Assembly: GCA_963700535.1 (NCBI GenBank)
Contig: CAVOXU010000002.1
Coordinates: 88,094-152,093 of the forward strand
Length of the DNA stretch: 64,000 nt
Source of the DNA: Chrysiogenales bacterium
GTDB taxonomy: Bacteria > Acidobacteriota > Aminicenantia > UBA2199
Direction of reading: 5' to 3'
Positions 51,346 through 62,100 of the stretch are shown here, piece by piece. Position 1 is the stretch's first letter, and each line of letters opens with the position of its first letter. The notes beneath the pieces are model-generated. The model had not been told where the DNA came from. It was given only the letters and a program-made list of their open reading frames with translations, and ran no database searches. The translations under genes and the position numbers were made by a program.

Positions 51346-52350
51346 AAGGAAAAAACGCGGTCATCCTGCACAGCCAGGTCGAGGCAGATTCGCCCAAGGA
51401 CGAACAGGATGTGCTGGTCCAGGCCGAGCGAGGTTTGCAAATCCCTGGCCGAATTGGGCTATCAACCGCTTGCCGTACCCTTTTCCCTGGATATTGAAAA
51501 AAATATCCGCACCCTGAAAAAAATGGATCCGCTCTTTGTCTTCAACCTGGTGGAGACGGTGGAAGGCAACGGCCAGCTGATCCACCTGGCTCCGGCGCTG
51601 CTCGATCACCTGGGCCTGCCCTACACAGGCAACAGCCAGGAAGCGATTTTTGTAACCTCCAACAAGGCCCTGTCCAAGAAGCTTTTCTCTGCGGCCGGGG
51701 TGGCTTCCCCGCCCTGGCTGGCTGTTGGAAATCCCCGGGATGCCGCTGCGCTGGGAGCGGGGAGGTACCTGCTGAAATCGGTCTGGGAGCATGCCAGCAA
51801 CTGGTTCGACGACAGTTCCCTTGTCCAGGTCGACGACGGCGCGGAATTGGGCGCGCTGCTGGAGAAGAAGAACCGCGGCGGCCGCGGCCGCTTCTATGCC
51901 GAAAGTTACATCGATGGGCGTGAGTTCAACCTGGCGCTGCTGACCGGTGAATTTTTACCGGCAGCCGAGATCCAGTTCATTGAATTTCCTGACGACAAAT
52001 TGCGCATCGTCGATTTCCGTGCCAAATGGGAAGAGTCGTCGTTTGAATACACCCATACGCCGCGCTCCTTTGATTTCCCGGCCGCCGATCAACCGCTTCT
52101 TGCCGAGTTGCGGACCATCGCCGGCCGCTGCTGGGATTTTTTCAACCTGCGCGGTTACGCCCGGGTCGATTTCCGCGTGGACGAAAACAACCGTCCCTGG
52201 GTGCTGGAGATCAATACCAATCCCTGCCTCTCTCCGGATGGAGGTTTCCATGCCGCCGCTGAACGGAGCGGTCTGTCGTTCACCCAAACAGTGGCAAGGA
52301 TAGTCAATGATTGCCTGTCCGGCCAAGGAATAGAATCTTTGCGCGAATGA
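51342..52350 (+). CDS. Second ATP-grasp ligase, Ddl-like, with a frameshift near 51430
   Basis: Start overlaps the upstream stop (ATGA). Motifs ESYIDGREFNLALL and VLEINTNPCLSP. Confidence 0.7.
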
Positions 52351-52361
52351 TGGAGGAATCC

Positions 52362-52856
52362 ATGAATAAGTCCGAACCGTTGGTTTTTCGCGAAGATGTT
52401 CTGCCCGGCGATCCCGCCGCGGTCAGAGGAATCGTAGAGTCAACGGGATTTTTCTACGACCATGAGATCGCTGTGGCGGTGGAACTGGTGGAAGAGCGGC
52501 TGCAAAGGGGAATGGAGAGCGGCTACCTTTTCCTGTTCGCCGCGCGGGGTGATCGTACGGTCGCTTACAGTTGTTTCGGTGAGATCGCCTGCACCCAAGG
52601 CAGTTACGACCTTTACTGGATTGCCGTGCATGACGATTGCCGCAACCAGGGCATCGGCAAAATCCTGCTCGAAAAGACCGAAGCGCTGATCAGCGCCCGC
52701 AAGGGCCGCGCCATATGGGTGGAAACCTCGGGCCAGGAAAAATACCTGCCGACGCAAAAATTCTACCTGCGTTTCGGCTACAGGCAAGAGGCGGTGCTCA
52801 AGGATTTTTACGGTGCGAACGATGACAAGATAATCTTTGTCAAACGGCTGGTCTGA
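52362..52856 (+). CDS. GNAT family N-acetyltransferase
   Basis: Acetyl-CoA-binding motif RNQGIGKILL. GGAGG Shine-Dalgarno. Confidence 0.75.
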   Translation: MNKSEPLVFREDVLPGDPAAVRGIVESTGFFYDHEIAVAVELVEERLQRGMESGYLFLFAARGDRTVAYSCFGEIACTQGSYDLYWIAVHDDCRNQGIGKILLEKTEALISARKGRAIWVETSGQEKYLPTQKFYLRFGYRQEAVLKDFYGANDDKIIFVKRLV

Positions 52857-52858
52857 CC

Positions 52859-53928
52859 ATGGTTGAAAAAATAAAAAAAAGATCGCTTAAAAGCGGGCTG
52901 CCTCCGGGGACACTGATGCATATCAGCACGAAGAAGGCCGTGGAGAGCCGCATCCGCATCCTGGATTACGATGAGAGCTTCGCTGCGTGAAAAAAAACAG
53001 GCCGTCTTCGAAGAGTGCCTGCCTTTCTGCGACAGCGCTTCGGTGACCTGGATCGATATTGAGGGGCTCCAGGACGTCGGCCTGCTGGAACGCCTGGGCA
53101 ATGGTTACGGCCTGCACCCCCTGATCCTCGAGGATATCCTTAACACCGACCAGCGCCCCAAGTTCGATGACATGGATGGATATATCTATGTGGTCCTTAA
53201 AATGCTGGATTACGACCCCGACACTGCCGGATATCGTTTCCGAACAGGTCAGCATCGTTTTCGGCCGGAATTTCGTGATCTCGATCCAGGAGGGACGCGA
53301 AGGCGATCCCTTCGAGCCCCTGCGCGAGCGTATCCGCAGCGGCAAGGGGCGCATCCGCAAGCTGGGTCCCGACTACCTGGCCTATTCCCTGCTCGACGCA
53401 ATTATCGACCATTATTTCCTCATCCTGGAAAAATTCGCCGAAAGCATCGAGATGCTCGAGGAAAACCTGGTCAGCGATCCCGGGCCGGAAACCCTGCACC
53501 GCATCCACCACCTGAAGCGGGAAATGATCTTTTTGCGCAAGTCGGCCTGGCCCCTGCGCGAAGTCATATACGGCCTGGAAAAGAGCGATTCCGACCTGAT
53601 CCGCCCGGAAACCAAGATATTCCTCCGCGATATATACGACCATGCCGTGCATATCATCGACAGCATCGAAACCTACCGCGAGATGCTCTCCAGCATGCTG
53701 GACATCTACCTTTCCTCGGTGAGCAACCGCATGAACCAGGTGATGAAGGTCCTGACCGTGATCGCCACCATTTTCATGCCCCTCACCTTCCTGGCCGGCA
53801 TCTACGGCATGAACTTCAAATACATGCCCGAGACCGGCTGGCGCTGGGGCTACCCGCTGGTGCTGCTCATCATGCTGGGCGTGGGCGGGCTGATGTTCTA
53901 TTTTTTCAAAAAGAAAAACTGGCTGTAG
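52859..53928 (+). CDS. corA: Magnesium/cobalt transporter CorA, with two frameshifts near 52985 and 53225
   Basis: YGMNF motif and two C-terminal TM helices. The N-terminal blocks lie in other frames (ORFs 52971.. and 53167..). Confidence 0.8.
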
Positions 53929-53946
53929 TAACGATACATCGCCCAT

Positions 53947-54110
53947 GGACATCGTCTGCGTGAAGCCTGAGTTAATTTAGCGATCATTCATGAATTCGTA
54001 GTGTGATAGCGAAGAATTTTATTGTAATTTCATATTTATGCTTTTTTTCATCACGCTTCATATCTCACGCGTCACGCCAGTTCGCCTGCCGTCAACTCGT
54101 TCCCTATTGA
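53947..54110. repeat. Intergenic inverted-arm element, locus F (heptamer cgtgaNN / NNtcacg units)
   Basis: Left arm gacatcgtctgcgtgaagcctgag. Right arm catcacgcttcatatctcacgcgtcacgcc. The interior carries fragments resembling loci A and B (gtgatagcg, gaattcgtag). Confidence 0.5.
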
Positions 54111-54286
54111 CCGACACATTTTTTTGTGGTATGAATATTCCCAATGTTACGTAATTCAGGTTTCTTGTCGTCGCCCGCCTTTGCCCGGCACTACGGTTGC
54201 TGGTGGGCGGCCCCGTCCGCCTGAAAATCTATCCATCCATCCTTTTTTTTATTTCCTGAAAATTAAAAAATCCCAAGGAGAAAAAC

Positions 54287-55597
54287 ATGGAAAGATTTTC
54301 ATCGAGAAAAAAAGAACATCTGCCGACCCATTTCTATAACATCAAGGCCGACCTGGCCGAGCAGCCCAGGCCGCCCCTGGACCCGCGCAGCGGCCAGCCC
54401 CTCGATCCAAGCGCTTTGCAGGCGATCTTCCCGCGCGCTTTCATTGATCAGGAGATCAGCCGCGAGCGTTTTCTGCCGATCCCGGCGGCGGTGCTGGAGG
54501 CATACGCCCAGTTTCGCCCCACACCGCTCGTTTATGCCGCGGAGCTGAAAAAACAGCTGCGCACACCGGCCCATATTTTTTACAAATACGAAGGAGCCAG
54601 CCCCACCGGCAGCCACAAGAGCAACACGGCATTGATGCAGGCCTATCTTGCCGCCGGCGAAGGAGTGCGGGAGCTGGTGACCGAGACCGGCGCCGGCCAG
54701 TGGGGCTCAGCCCTGGCTTACGCCGGCTCGCGCTTCGGCATTTCCACGCGGGTGTTCATGGTGCGGGCCAGCTACCGCCAGAAGCCCGGGCGGCGCACGA
54801 TCATGAACCTGTTCGGGGCGCAGGTCGAGGAAAGTCCCGGTCCCAATACCGAATCCGGGCGCGGATATTTTTCAAAAAATCCCGATCATCCGGGCAGCCT
54901 GGGCATAGCCATTTCCGAAGCCGTGGAAACTGTCCTGGGCAACCCGGCCAGCAAATATGCCCTGGGTTCGGTGCTGGACAGCGTGCTGATGCACCAGACC
55001 GTGATCGGGCAGGAAGCGGAAAAACAGTTAAAGGAAATCGGCATGGAGCCGGACACGGTCATCGGCTGCGTGGGCGGCGGCTCCAATTTCGCCGGCATCA
55101 GTTTTCCTTTTATAAGAAAGAACCTGGCTGAGGGAAAAAAAATCGACTTCATTGCCGTGGAGCCCGAGGTTTGCCCTACACTGACCGACGGGGAATTGCG
55201 CTATGATCACGGCGACAGTGCCGGACTGACGCCGCTGTTGTACATGTATACTTTGGGGCGGGATTTCATTCCGCCGCCCATTCACGCCGGCGGCCTGCGC
55301 TACCACGGCATGGCGCCCCTGGTCAGCCACCTGGCCGCTGCGGGGCAGGTGCGGGCTCGCTCCTACTCCCAGTCCGCCGTGTTCGCCGCCGCCAAAACCT
55401 TTTATGTCAGCGAAGGAGTGCTGCCGGCACCCGAATCGGCCCATGCCATAGCTGCAGTTATCGAGGCAGCCGAGCAGGCCGCGCGCACAGGAGAGGAAAA
55501 AGTCATACTGTTCAATCTTTCCGGGCACGGTTTTTTTGATATCGGCGCCTATGAGTTGAATGGCGGCGCCTCCAGCGCAACCGCAGTGCCGTCCTGA
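54287..55597 (+). CDS. TrpB-like PLP enzyme (tryptophan synthase beta chain type 2, TrpB2)
   Basis: 436 aa. PLP lysine context (ASPTGSHKSN) and GGGSNFAG. N-terminus PTHFYNI...PLDP is typical of TrpB2. Confidence 0.75.
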   Translation: MERFSSRKKEHLPTHFYNIKADLAEQPRPPLDPRSGQPLDPSALQAIFPRAFIDQEISRERFLPIPAAVLEAYAQFRPTPLVYAAELKKQLRTPAHIFYKYEGASPTGSHKSNTALMQAYLAAGEGVRELVTETGAGQWGSALAYAGSRFGISTRVFMVRASYRQKPGRRTIMNLFGAQVEESPGPNTESGRGYFSKNPDHPGSLGIAISEAVETVLGNPASKYALGSVLDSVLMHQTVIGQEAEKQLKEIGMEPDTVIGCVGGGSNFAGISFPFIRKNLAEGKKIDFIAVEPEVCPTLTDGELRYDHGDSAGLTPLLYMYTLGRDFIPPPIHAGGLRYHGMAPLVSHLAAAGQVRARSYSQSAVFAAAKTFYVSEGVLPAPESAHAIAAVIEAAEQAARTGEEKVILFNLSGHGFFDIGAYELNGGASSATAVPS

Positions 55598-55654
55598 GAT
55601 AGCGGCTGGGAATTATCCCCGGATGTGTTAAAATGAAAACTGAGGTATGCGGCC

Positions 55655-57280
55655 ATGTTCGACGTCATCCTGGTTTTGCCTTATCCCTGCGCCGATCACC
55701 CTTCCTTCCCCGAGGGGATCCTGAAAAGGGCCCTGGAAGCGGCCGGGTTCAGTGTCGGCGTGATCGAAACGCCATTCTGGCAGGACAAGGAATCATTTGC
55801 AGCCCTGGGCCGGCCGCGGCTTTTTTTCGCCGTGGTTTCGGGCCCGCTCGATTCAGTGGTGTTGAACTATACCGCCAGCCGCCGCCGGCGCCGCGAAGAC
55901 CTTTATCAGTTCGAAGGCGCAGCCTTTTTCAGCGGCCGCCCTCCCGACATCAAGTTCAAGATCCGCCCCGACCGCACCCTTGCTGTATTCTCCAACCGGC
56001 TGCGCGAAGTATTCCGCGAGGTGCCTGTGGTCATCGGCGGCGTCGAGGCGACGCAGCGTTGCTTTGCCCATTATGATTTCCAGGAAAACAAGGTCCGGCG
56101 CTCCATACTGCTCGATTCCCGCGCCGATATCCTGGTCAGCGGCAACGGCGAAAAGCAGGTCGTGACCATCGCCCGCCTGCTGCAGCAGGGCGTGCCGGCG
56201 GCGCAGATAGACATTCCCGGCACGGCCAGGATCTGCTCCGGGCCGCCTTTGGCAAAAAACTGCCTGGAGCTGCCCGCCTGCGAAGAAGTGCAGGCCGATC
56301 CCGCCCAACTGCTGCAGAGCCAATTGCGCATCAGCCAGGCCGGCGGCAAGCTCAGCCTGGCCCAGAAGCACGCCAACCGCTGGGTGGTGCAAAACCCGGC
56401 CGAGATTTACGATAGTGACGACCTTGACCATATTTATGGACTCGGCTATAGCCGCCGCCACCTGAAGGGCCCGGCCTATTCCCCGGCCCTGCGCATGAAC
56501 CTTTTTTCGGTCACCGCGCAGCGGGGCTGCGCCGGCGGCTGCGCCTTCTGCTCGATCACTTCAAGCGAAGGGCGGCGTGTGGTTTCGCGTTCCGCGGATT
56601 CGATTTTCAGGGAGATACGCTCCCTGGCCGCCCATCCCGAATGGCGCGGCGTGGTCTCCGACATCGGCGGCGCCACTGCCGAAATGTACGGCAGCGATTG
56701 CCTGGTCGCGTCCTGTCAGCGTGATTCCTGCCTTCAGCCCCGGCAATGCCGCCATTTCAATCCCGGCGAACCGTATCGGCAGCTGCTGCGCCAGGGGCGG
56801 GCCCTGCCCGGAGTCAAAAAGATCATGCTGGGCTCCGGGCTGCGCCATGACCTGTTGCTGCAAAATCCCGAGCTGCTGGAAGAGATTCTGCGCGAACACT
56901 GCGGACGTTTCCTGCGTGTTGCCCCTGAGCATACCGAGGACGAAGTTCTGGATCTGATGGGCAAGCCGCGCTTCGCGGTTTTCGAGGAATTCGTGGCTCT
57001 TTTCAAGCGCGTGAACCGCGGCTTGCAGCGCCCGGTCGAGCTGGCGCCTTACCTGATCGTCGGCCATCCCGGCGAGAGCAGGGTCATGGTTCAAGCCATG
57101 AAGGAGAAAATGCGCGATCTGGGACTGAAAACCAGCGATGTGCAGATCTTCACTCCCGCACCCGGCACCCTGTCCACTGCCATGTATCACTCGGGCCTGT
57201 CGCCTTCGGGAAAGGAATTAGTTGTGGAAAAAGACATCCGCGCCCTGCAGCAACGTAAAAATCTGCTGGCCCAAGAATAA
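55655..57280 (+). CDS. YgiQ/UPF0313 family radical SAM protein
   Basis: N-terminal DHPSF motif. CAGGCAFCS cluster. Confidence 0.7.
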   Translation: MFDVILVLPYPCADHPSFPEGILKRALEAAGFSVGVIETPFWQDKESFAALGRPRLFFAVVSGPLDSVVLNYTASRRRRREDLYQFEGAAFFSGRPPDIKFKIRPDRTLAVFSNRLREVFREVPVVIGGVEATQRCFAHYDFQENKVRRSILLDSRADILVSGNGEKQVVTIARLLQQGVPAAQIDIPGTARICSGPPLAKNCLELPACEEVQADPAQLLQSQLRISQAGGKLSLAQKHANRWVVQNPAEIYDSDDLDHIYGLGYSRRHLKGPAYSPALRMNLFSVTAQRGCAGGCAFCSITSSEGRRVVSRSADSIFREIRSLAAHPEWRGVVSDIGGATAEMYGSDCLVASCQRDSCLQPRQCRHFNPGEPYRQLLRQGRALPGVKKIMLGSGLRHDLLLQNPELLEEILREHCGRFLRVAPEHTEDEVLDLMGKPRFAVFEEFVALFKRVNRGLQRPVELAPYLIVGHPGESRVMVQAMKEKMRDLGLKTSDVQIFTPAPGTLSTAMYHSGLSPSGKELVVEKDIRALQQRKNLLAQE

Positions 57281-57371
57281 AGGCGACATGGATAAAAAAT
57301 AGCATGTGCTGGTTTTTGACTTTGTCGTTTAAACGTGATTAAATATGCCCTCCCCAGGGAGGGGATGCGCT

Positions 57372-57644
57372 ATGATAAATAAACATGGTAATACAGCTGA
57401 AGTGATCAGCCGTTTAAACAAGATCGAAGGTCACATCAGGGGTGTCATTGGCATGGTGGAAACAGAAAAGGCCTGCGACGAGATCCTTCTTCAGTTTTCC
57501 GCGATCCAGGCCGCAATCAAAAAAGCCGGTCAAATCATATTGGTTGACCATTTTGAGCATTGTATTCTGGACAGGATCAATGACGAGGATGTCAAAGGCG
57601 ATGTGAAGTTGTTCCAAACAGCATTGTCGCGATTGCTGAAATGA
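57372..57644 (+). CDS. CsoR/RcnR family metal-sensing transcriptional repressor
   Basis: ~90 aa. Conserved Cys...His...Cys (ACDE, HFEHC) typical of Cu(I)-sensing CsoR. Confidence 0.7.
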   Translation: MINKHGNTAEVISRLNKIEGHIRGVIGMVETEKACDEILLQFSAIQAAIKKAGQIILVDHFEHCILDRINDEDVKGDVKLFQTALSRLLK

Positions 57645-57678
57645 TCGTGCCTGCCTACAATCAGGAAAAGAGGTAAAA

Positions 57679-59181
57679 ATGAAAAATCGCTTGTTGCTTT
57701 TAATGATGATCCTTACTCTGACTATTCAATGCCGGAAGTCCGCCGCTCATGATGACGAACATGATGCTGAGGACCTCAAACCCAAGATTCAGTTCACAGC
57801 GTACAGTGAACATCACGAGCTTTATGCAGAGTCAGATATTTTTGTCGAGGGGAAGCCCGCATCATTCCTGGCCCATTTCACAAAACTGTCAGACTTCAAG
57901 CCTTTGTCGCGGGCAAAGATATCTCTTGCGCTGAAGGTCAATGATCATACAGTACTCGCCGAGCAAGCCGGACCCATCCGTCCCGGAATTTACTTGTTCT
58001 CGATTGTCCCCAAATTTTCCGGCAAAGGACAATTGCTGGTCAATATTGGCGAAGATGACCGTCTCGATCAAATAATCCTGAAAACTGTCACTATTTACAA
58101 AAACGAAGCGGATGCCCTGAATAAGCATCGAGAACCACCGGCCAATGCCCAGGCGGTGCTGTTTACAAAAGAAAAATCCTGGAAAGTGGAATTTGCCACC
58201 GAGTTGCCGCTGGCAGGAGCGTTCGGACAGATCATCAAAACCACGGCGCAAATACAGTCGGCCCAGGGAGATGAAGCGATCATTACAGCCAAAGCCAATG
58301 GCGTGATCGTGTTTGACGGTGATGTGCTTGAGGGAAAAAGTCTTACATCCGGGCAAAGCCTGTTCATGATTTCCGCCGGGGGAATTACCGAAAACAATTT
58401 GGCGGTTCGCTTTTCGGAAGCGCAAAACAATTTCCGGAGAGCCAAAGCCGAATACGAAAGATCAAAAGATCTGGCCCGGGATAAAATTGTCGCGGAGAAG
58501 GATTTTCTGAAGATTAAAAATGAATACGATAATGCCAAGCTGATATTTGACAACCTGAACAGGAATTTCAGTGGCGGAGGACAAAGGGTGGTCACTCCTT
58601 TCGCCGGTTTCATCAAGCAAATATTCGTAAATAACGGTCAGTTTGTGAATGCCGGACAGCCAATTGTCACTGTCTCTCAGAACCGCACGTTTTTGCTCCG
58701 GGCCGATGTTCAGCAAAAATATGCACCGGTGTTGGCTTCTATCGTATCAGCAACGATCCGTACGCTTCACGACAATCAAACCTATTCGCTTGAACAGCTG
58801 AACGGAAAAATTCTCTCATATGGCAGGAATGTAAACAATGATAATTATCTGATCCCCATCAGTATTCAGATCGAAAACAAGGGCGGGCTTCTTTCCGGGG
58901 GCTTTGTTGAATTGCATCTCAAGACCATGATCAATGCCAATAAGCTGAGTATCCCCAATACCTCTATATTGGAAGAACAGGGGAAATATTTTGTTTATGT
59001 GCAGGTCAACCCTGAAAATTTCGAGAAACGTGAAGTGACGCTTGGGGCAAGCGATGGACTCAGAACGGAAATCATAACCGGGATCGACGAAAATGACCGC
59101 TTTGTCAGTAAAGGAGCGATCTGGGTGAAGTTAGCGCAGGCATCGGGAGCCCTGGATGCTCATTCCGGCCATGTTCATTAA
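57679..59181 (+). CDS. Efflux RND periplasmic adaptor (CusB/CzcB-like), with His-rich termini
   Basis: HlyD-family core. N-terminal HDDEHDAED...EHHE, C-terminal HSGHVH, plus an extra ~150-aa N-terminal domain. Confidence 0.75.
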   Translation: MKNRLLLLMMILTLTIQCRKSAAHDDEHDAEDLKPKIQFTAYSEHHELYAESDIFVEGKPASFLAHFTKLSDFKPLSRAKISLALKVNDHTVLAEQAGPIRPGIYLFSIVPKFSGKGQLLVNIGEDDRLDQIILKTVTIYKNEADALNKHREPPANAQAVLFTKEKSWKVEFATELPLAGAFGQIIKTTAQIQSAQGDEAIITAKANGVIVFDGDVLEGKSLTSGQSLFMISAGGITENNLAVRFSEAQNNFRRAKAEYERSKDLARDKIVAEKDFLKIKNEYDNAKLIFDNLNRNFSGGGQRVVTPFAGFIKQIFVNNGQFVNAGQPIVTVSQNRTFLLRADVQQKYAPVLASIVSATIRTLHDNQTYSLEQLNGKILSYGRNVNNDNYLIPISIQIENKGGLLSGGFVELHLKTMINANKLSIPNTSILEEQGKYFVYVQVNPENFEKREVTLGASDGLRTEIITGIDENDRFVSKGAIWVKLAQASGALDAHSGHVH

Positions 59182-59195
59182 GCAGAACAAGAAAC

Positions 59196-62100
59196 ATGTT
59201 AAATAGCATTATAAAGTTTTCCCTGAACAACAAGTTCCTGGTTATTCTATGCACCGTGGCAGTGATGGTCGTCGGCTTCTACACCGCGGCGAACATGGAT
59301 GTTGATGTTTTTCCCGATCTTACCGCTCCGACCGTGGTTGTCATGACCGATGCCCACGGCATGGCTGCTGAAGAGGTGGAACGTTTGGTGACCTTTCCAA
59401 TCGAGACTGCGGTGAATGGGGCCACGGACGTGCGCCGCGTACGTTCGTCTTCCGCGCAGGGCTATTCATTTGTCTGGGTGGAATTTGACTGGGGAACCGA
59501 CATATTCAAAGCCCGGCAGATCGTGAGTGAAAAGTTGATCAGTGTTACTTCACAAATGCCATTGGGTATCGGGCTGCCTGCGCTCGCTCCCCAATCCAGC
59601 GTGATGGGGGAAATGTTCTTCATCGGCATTCAAGCCGAGCACACCGACCTGATGGCTTTGCGTACCATCGCCGAATGGAACGTGAAACCGCTGCTGCTGG
59701 CAACCAGTGGAGTCTCGCAAGTTACCATTATCGGTGGTGAATACAAGCAATACCAGGTGTTGGCTGACCCCCAAAAAATGAAATATTATGGCGTTTCTCT
59801 GCGTGAGCTGGCTGAAATTTGCAAGGGCATAAGCCAAAATTCGACCGGTGGTTCCGTGCGTCAATTCGGAAACGAATATGCAGTACGCGGCATCGCGCGC
59901 ACAGCGGATCTCGAAGCATTGGGAAATTCTTACATCAAATCACGCAATGGCCAGGCAATCCTCATCAGGGATGTTGCCGAAATTAGGATTGCCGGCGCAA
60001 TAAAAATGGGCTATGCCTCGGAGAACGCGAAACCGGCCATCATTATTTCTGTCTCCAAACAGCCCAACACCAACACTTTGGATTTGACAAGACGGATCGA
60101 AGCCAATCTCGGCGTCCTGCAAAGGACATTGCCTCCTGATGTGAAGCTGGACACGAAAATATTTCGTCAGGCTGATTTCATCGAAACCTCGATCGGCAAT
60201 GTGAAGAATGCATTGTTTGAGGGGTCAATTTTCGTTGTCATCATTCTTTTCATTTTTTTAGGCGGGTTTCGCACGACTTTGATTTCCTTGATTGCCATGC
60301 CGCTTTCGTTGCTGGGTTCGATCATCGTGCTGAAACAATTAGGTCTGAACATCAATACAATGAGCCTGGGAGGAATGGCAATTGCCATCGGCTCCCTGGT
60401 CGATGATGCAATTATTGATGTTGAAAACGTTTACAAGAGACTGAAGCAGAACCTGCAACTGCCCCGCGCGGAACGCCGCTCGATTTTTACCGTTGTCTAT
60501 GAAGCTTCAAAGGAAATTCGTGCTTCGATCCTCAATGCGACACTGATCATTATTGTGGCCTTTTTGCCATTGTTTTTTCTTTCCGGAATGGAAGGCCGCA
60601 TGCTCAAACCGCTGGGAATCGCTTTTGTCGTATCCTTGTTTATATCACTTGTCGTGGCCATGACCTTAACCCCGGTGTTGTGCAGGATGTTCCTGTCGAA
60701 TGAAGTCTTTCTTAAAAAAACCGAGAAAGAAAAATGGTTTATTGGCAGACTTTCATATTATTACAAAAATTCACTGGCCTGGACCCTGCGCCATAAATGG
60801 GTTGTCGTCCTTTCAGCACTGGGGCTCTTTGTTCTTTCACTTGCGGCTTTTTTAAACATGGGGCGCAGTTTCCTGCCCGAATTCAATGAAGGTTCACTCA
60901 CACTTTCCGTGGTGTGCAAGCCCGGTACTTCGCTGGAAGAGAGCAACCGCCTGGGCAATCTGGTCGAAACGGAACTGCTGTCCATTCCCGAAGTGGCAAG
61001 CACAGCGAGAAGAACCGGGCGGGGCGAACTGGATGAGCATTCGCAAACCGTTAATAGTGCGGAAATAGATGTAAACTTCTCGCTCAAAGGTCGCAGTCGA
61101 GATATTTTCATGGCTGATGTCAGGGGCAGATTAGCCGGCATACCGGGCATTGCTTCCACCGTCGGCCAGCCACTTGGGCATCGGATCGATCATATGCTTT
61201 CCGGAACCCGGGCCAATATTGCCATAAAAATCTTCGGCAATGATCTGCACAGACTGTTCCAGCTCGGGAATGATATTAAAAATTCGCTTGCGGATGTGGC
61301 GGGACTGGTCGATGTGGCCGTAGACCAGCAAATTGAAATTCCTCAGATCCAGATCCGTGCCCATCGCGGCCTGCTGGCCGCTTATGGAATTACCATTCAA
61401 CAGTTCAATGAATTTGTGGATACGGCTTTTGCCGGAGAAAAAGTGTCCGATATTTACGAAGGACAGATGCGCTTTGACCTTGTCTTGCGGCTGAACAAGG
61501 ACTATACAGAATCGATCGAAGGCATTCGGGCGGCTTTGATTGAAACCCATGACGGCAAGGTGGTACCCTTGGAGCATGTGGCTGATATCGTATCGGTCGC
61601 CGGCCCCAGCACCATCAGCCGGGAAAATGTTCAACGGAAGATTGTTGTTTCCGCCAATGTGTCCGGACGTGACCTGCGCAGTGTCGTCAGCGATATCCAG
61701 CAAATAATCAATGAAAAAATCACTTTGCCCAAAGGGTATCGCATTGAATATGGAGGACAATTTGAGAGTGAAACCCGTGCTTCACAAACCCTGCTCCTGA
61801 CATCGCTTTTATCCATAATGATTATTTTCATGCTGCTTTTTCTGGAATTTAAAAATTTCAAACTGGCGGCCGTGATCCTGCTGAACCTGCCTTTGGCCAT
61901 GATCGGCGGAGTGTTTGCGGTTTATTTCACGGCCGGGTCTTTGAGCATACCCGCCATCATCGGGTTTATTACCCTTTTTGGAATTGCCACGCGCAATGGC
62001 ATCCTCTTGATTTCCAGTTATCAGCAAATGCAATGGCAGGGATTTCAAGTGCAGGAAACAGTGATCAATGGTTCACTCGACCGTCTCAACCCGATTTTGA

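Noticed and set aside
57320-57345. GC hairpin ccctcc-N-ggaggg upstream of csoR, as a possible intrinsic terminator for ygiQ.
   Set aside because: No U-tract follows. The G-rich half doubles as the csoR Shine-Dalgarno, so the hairpin is more likely RBS context or a translational control than a terminator. It is left as a note under the Cus finding.
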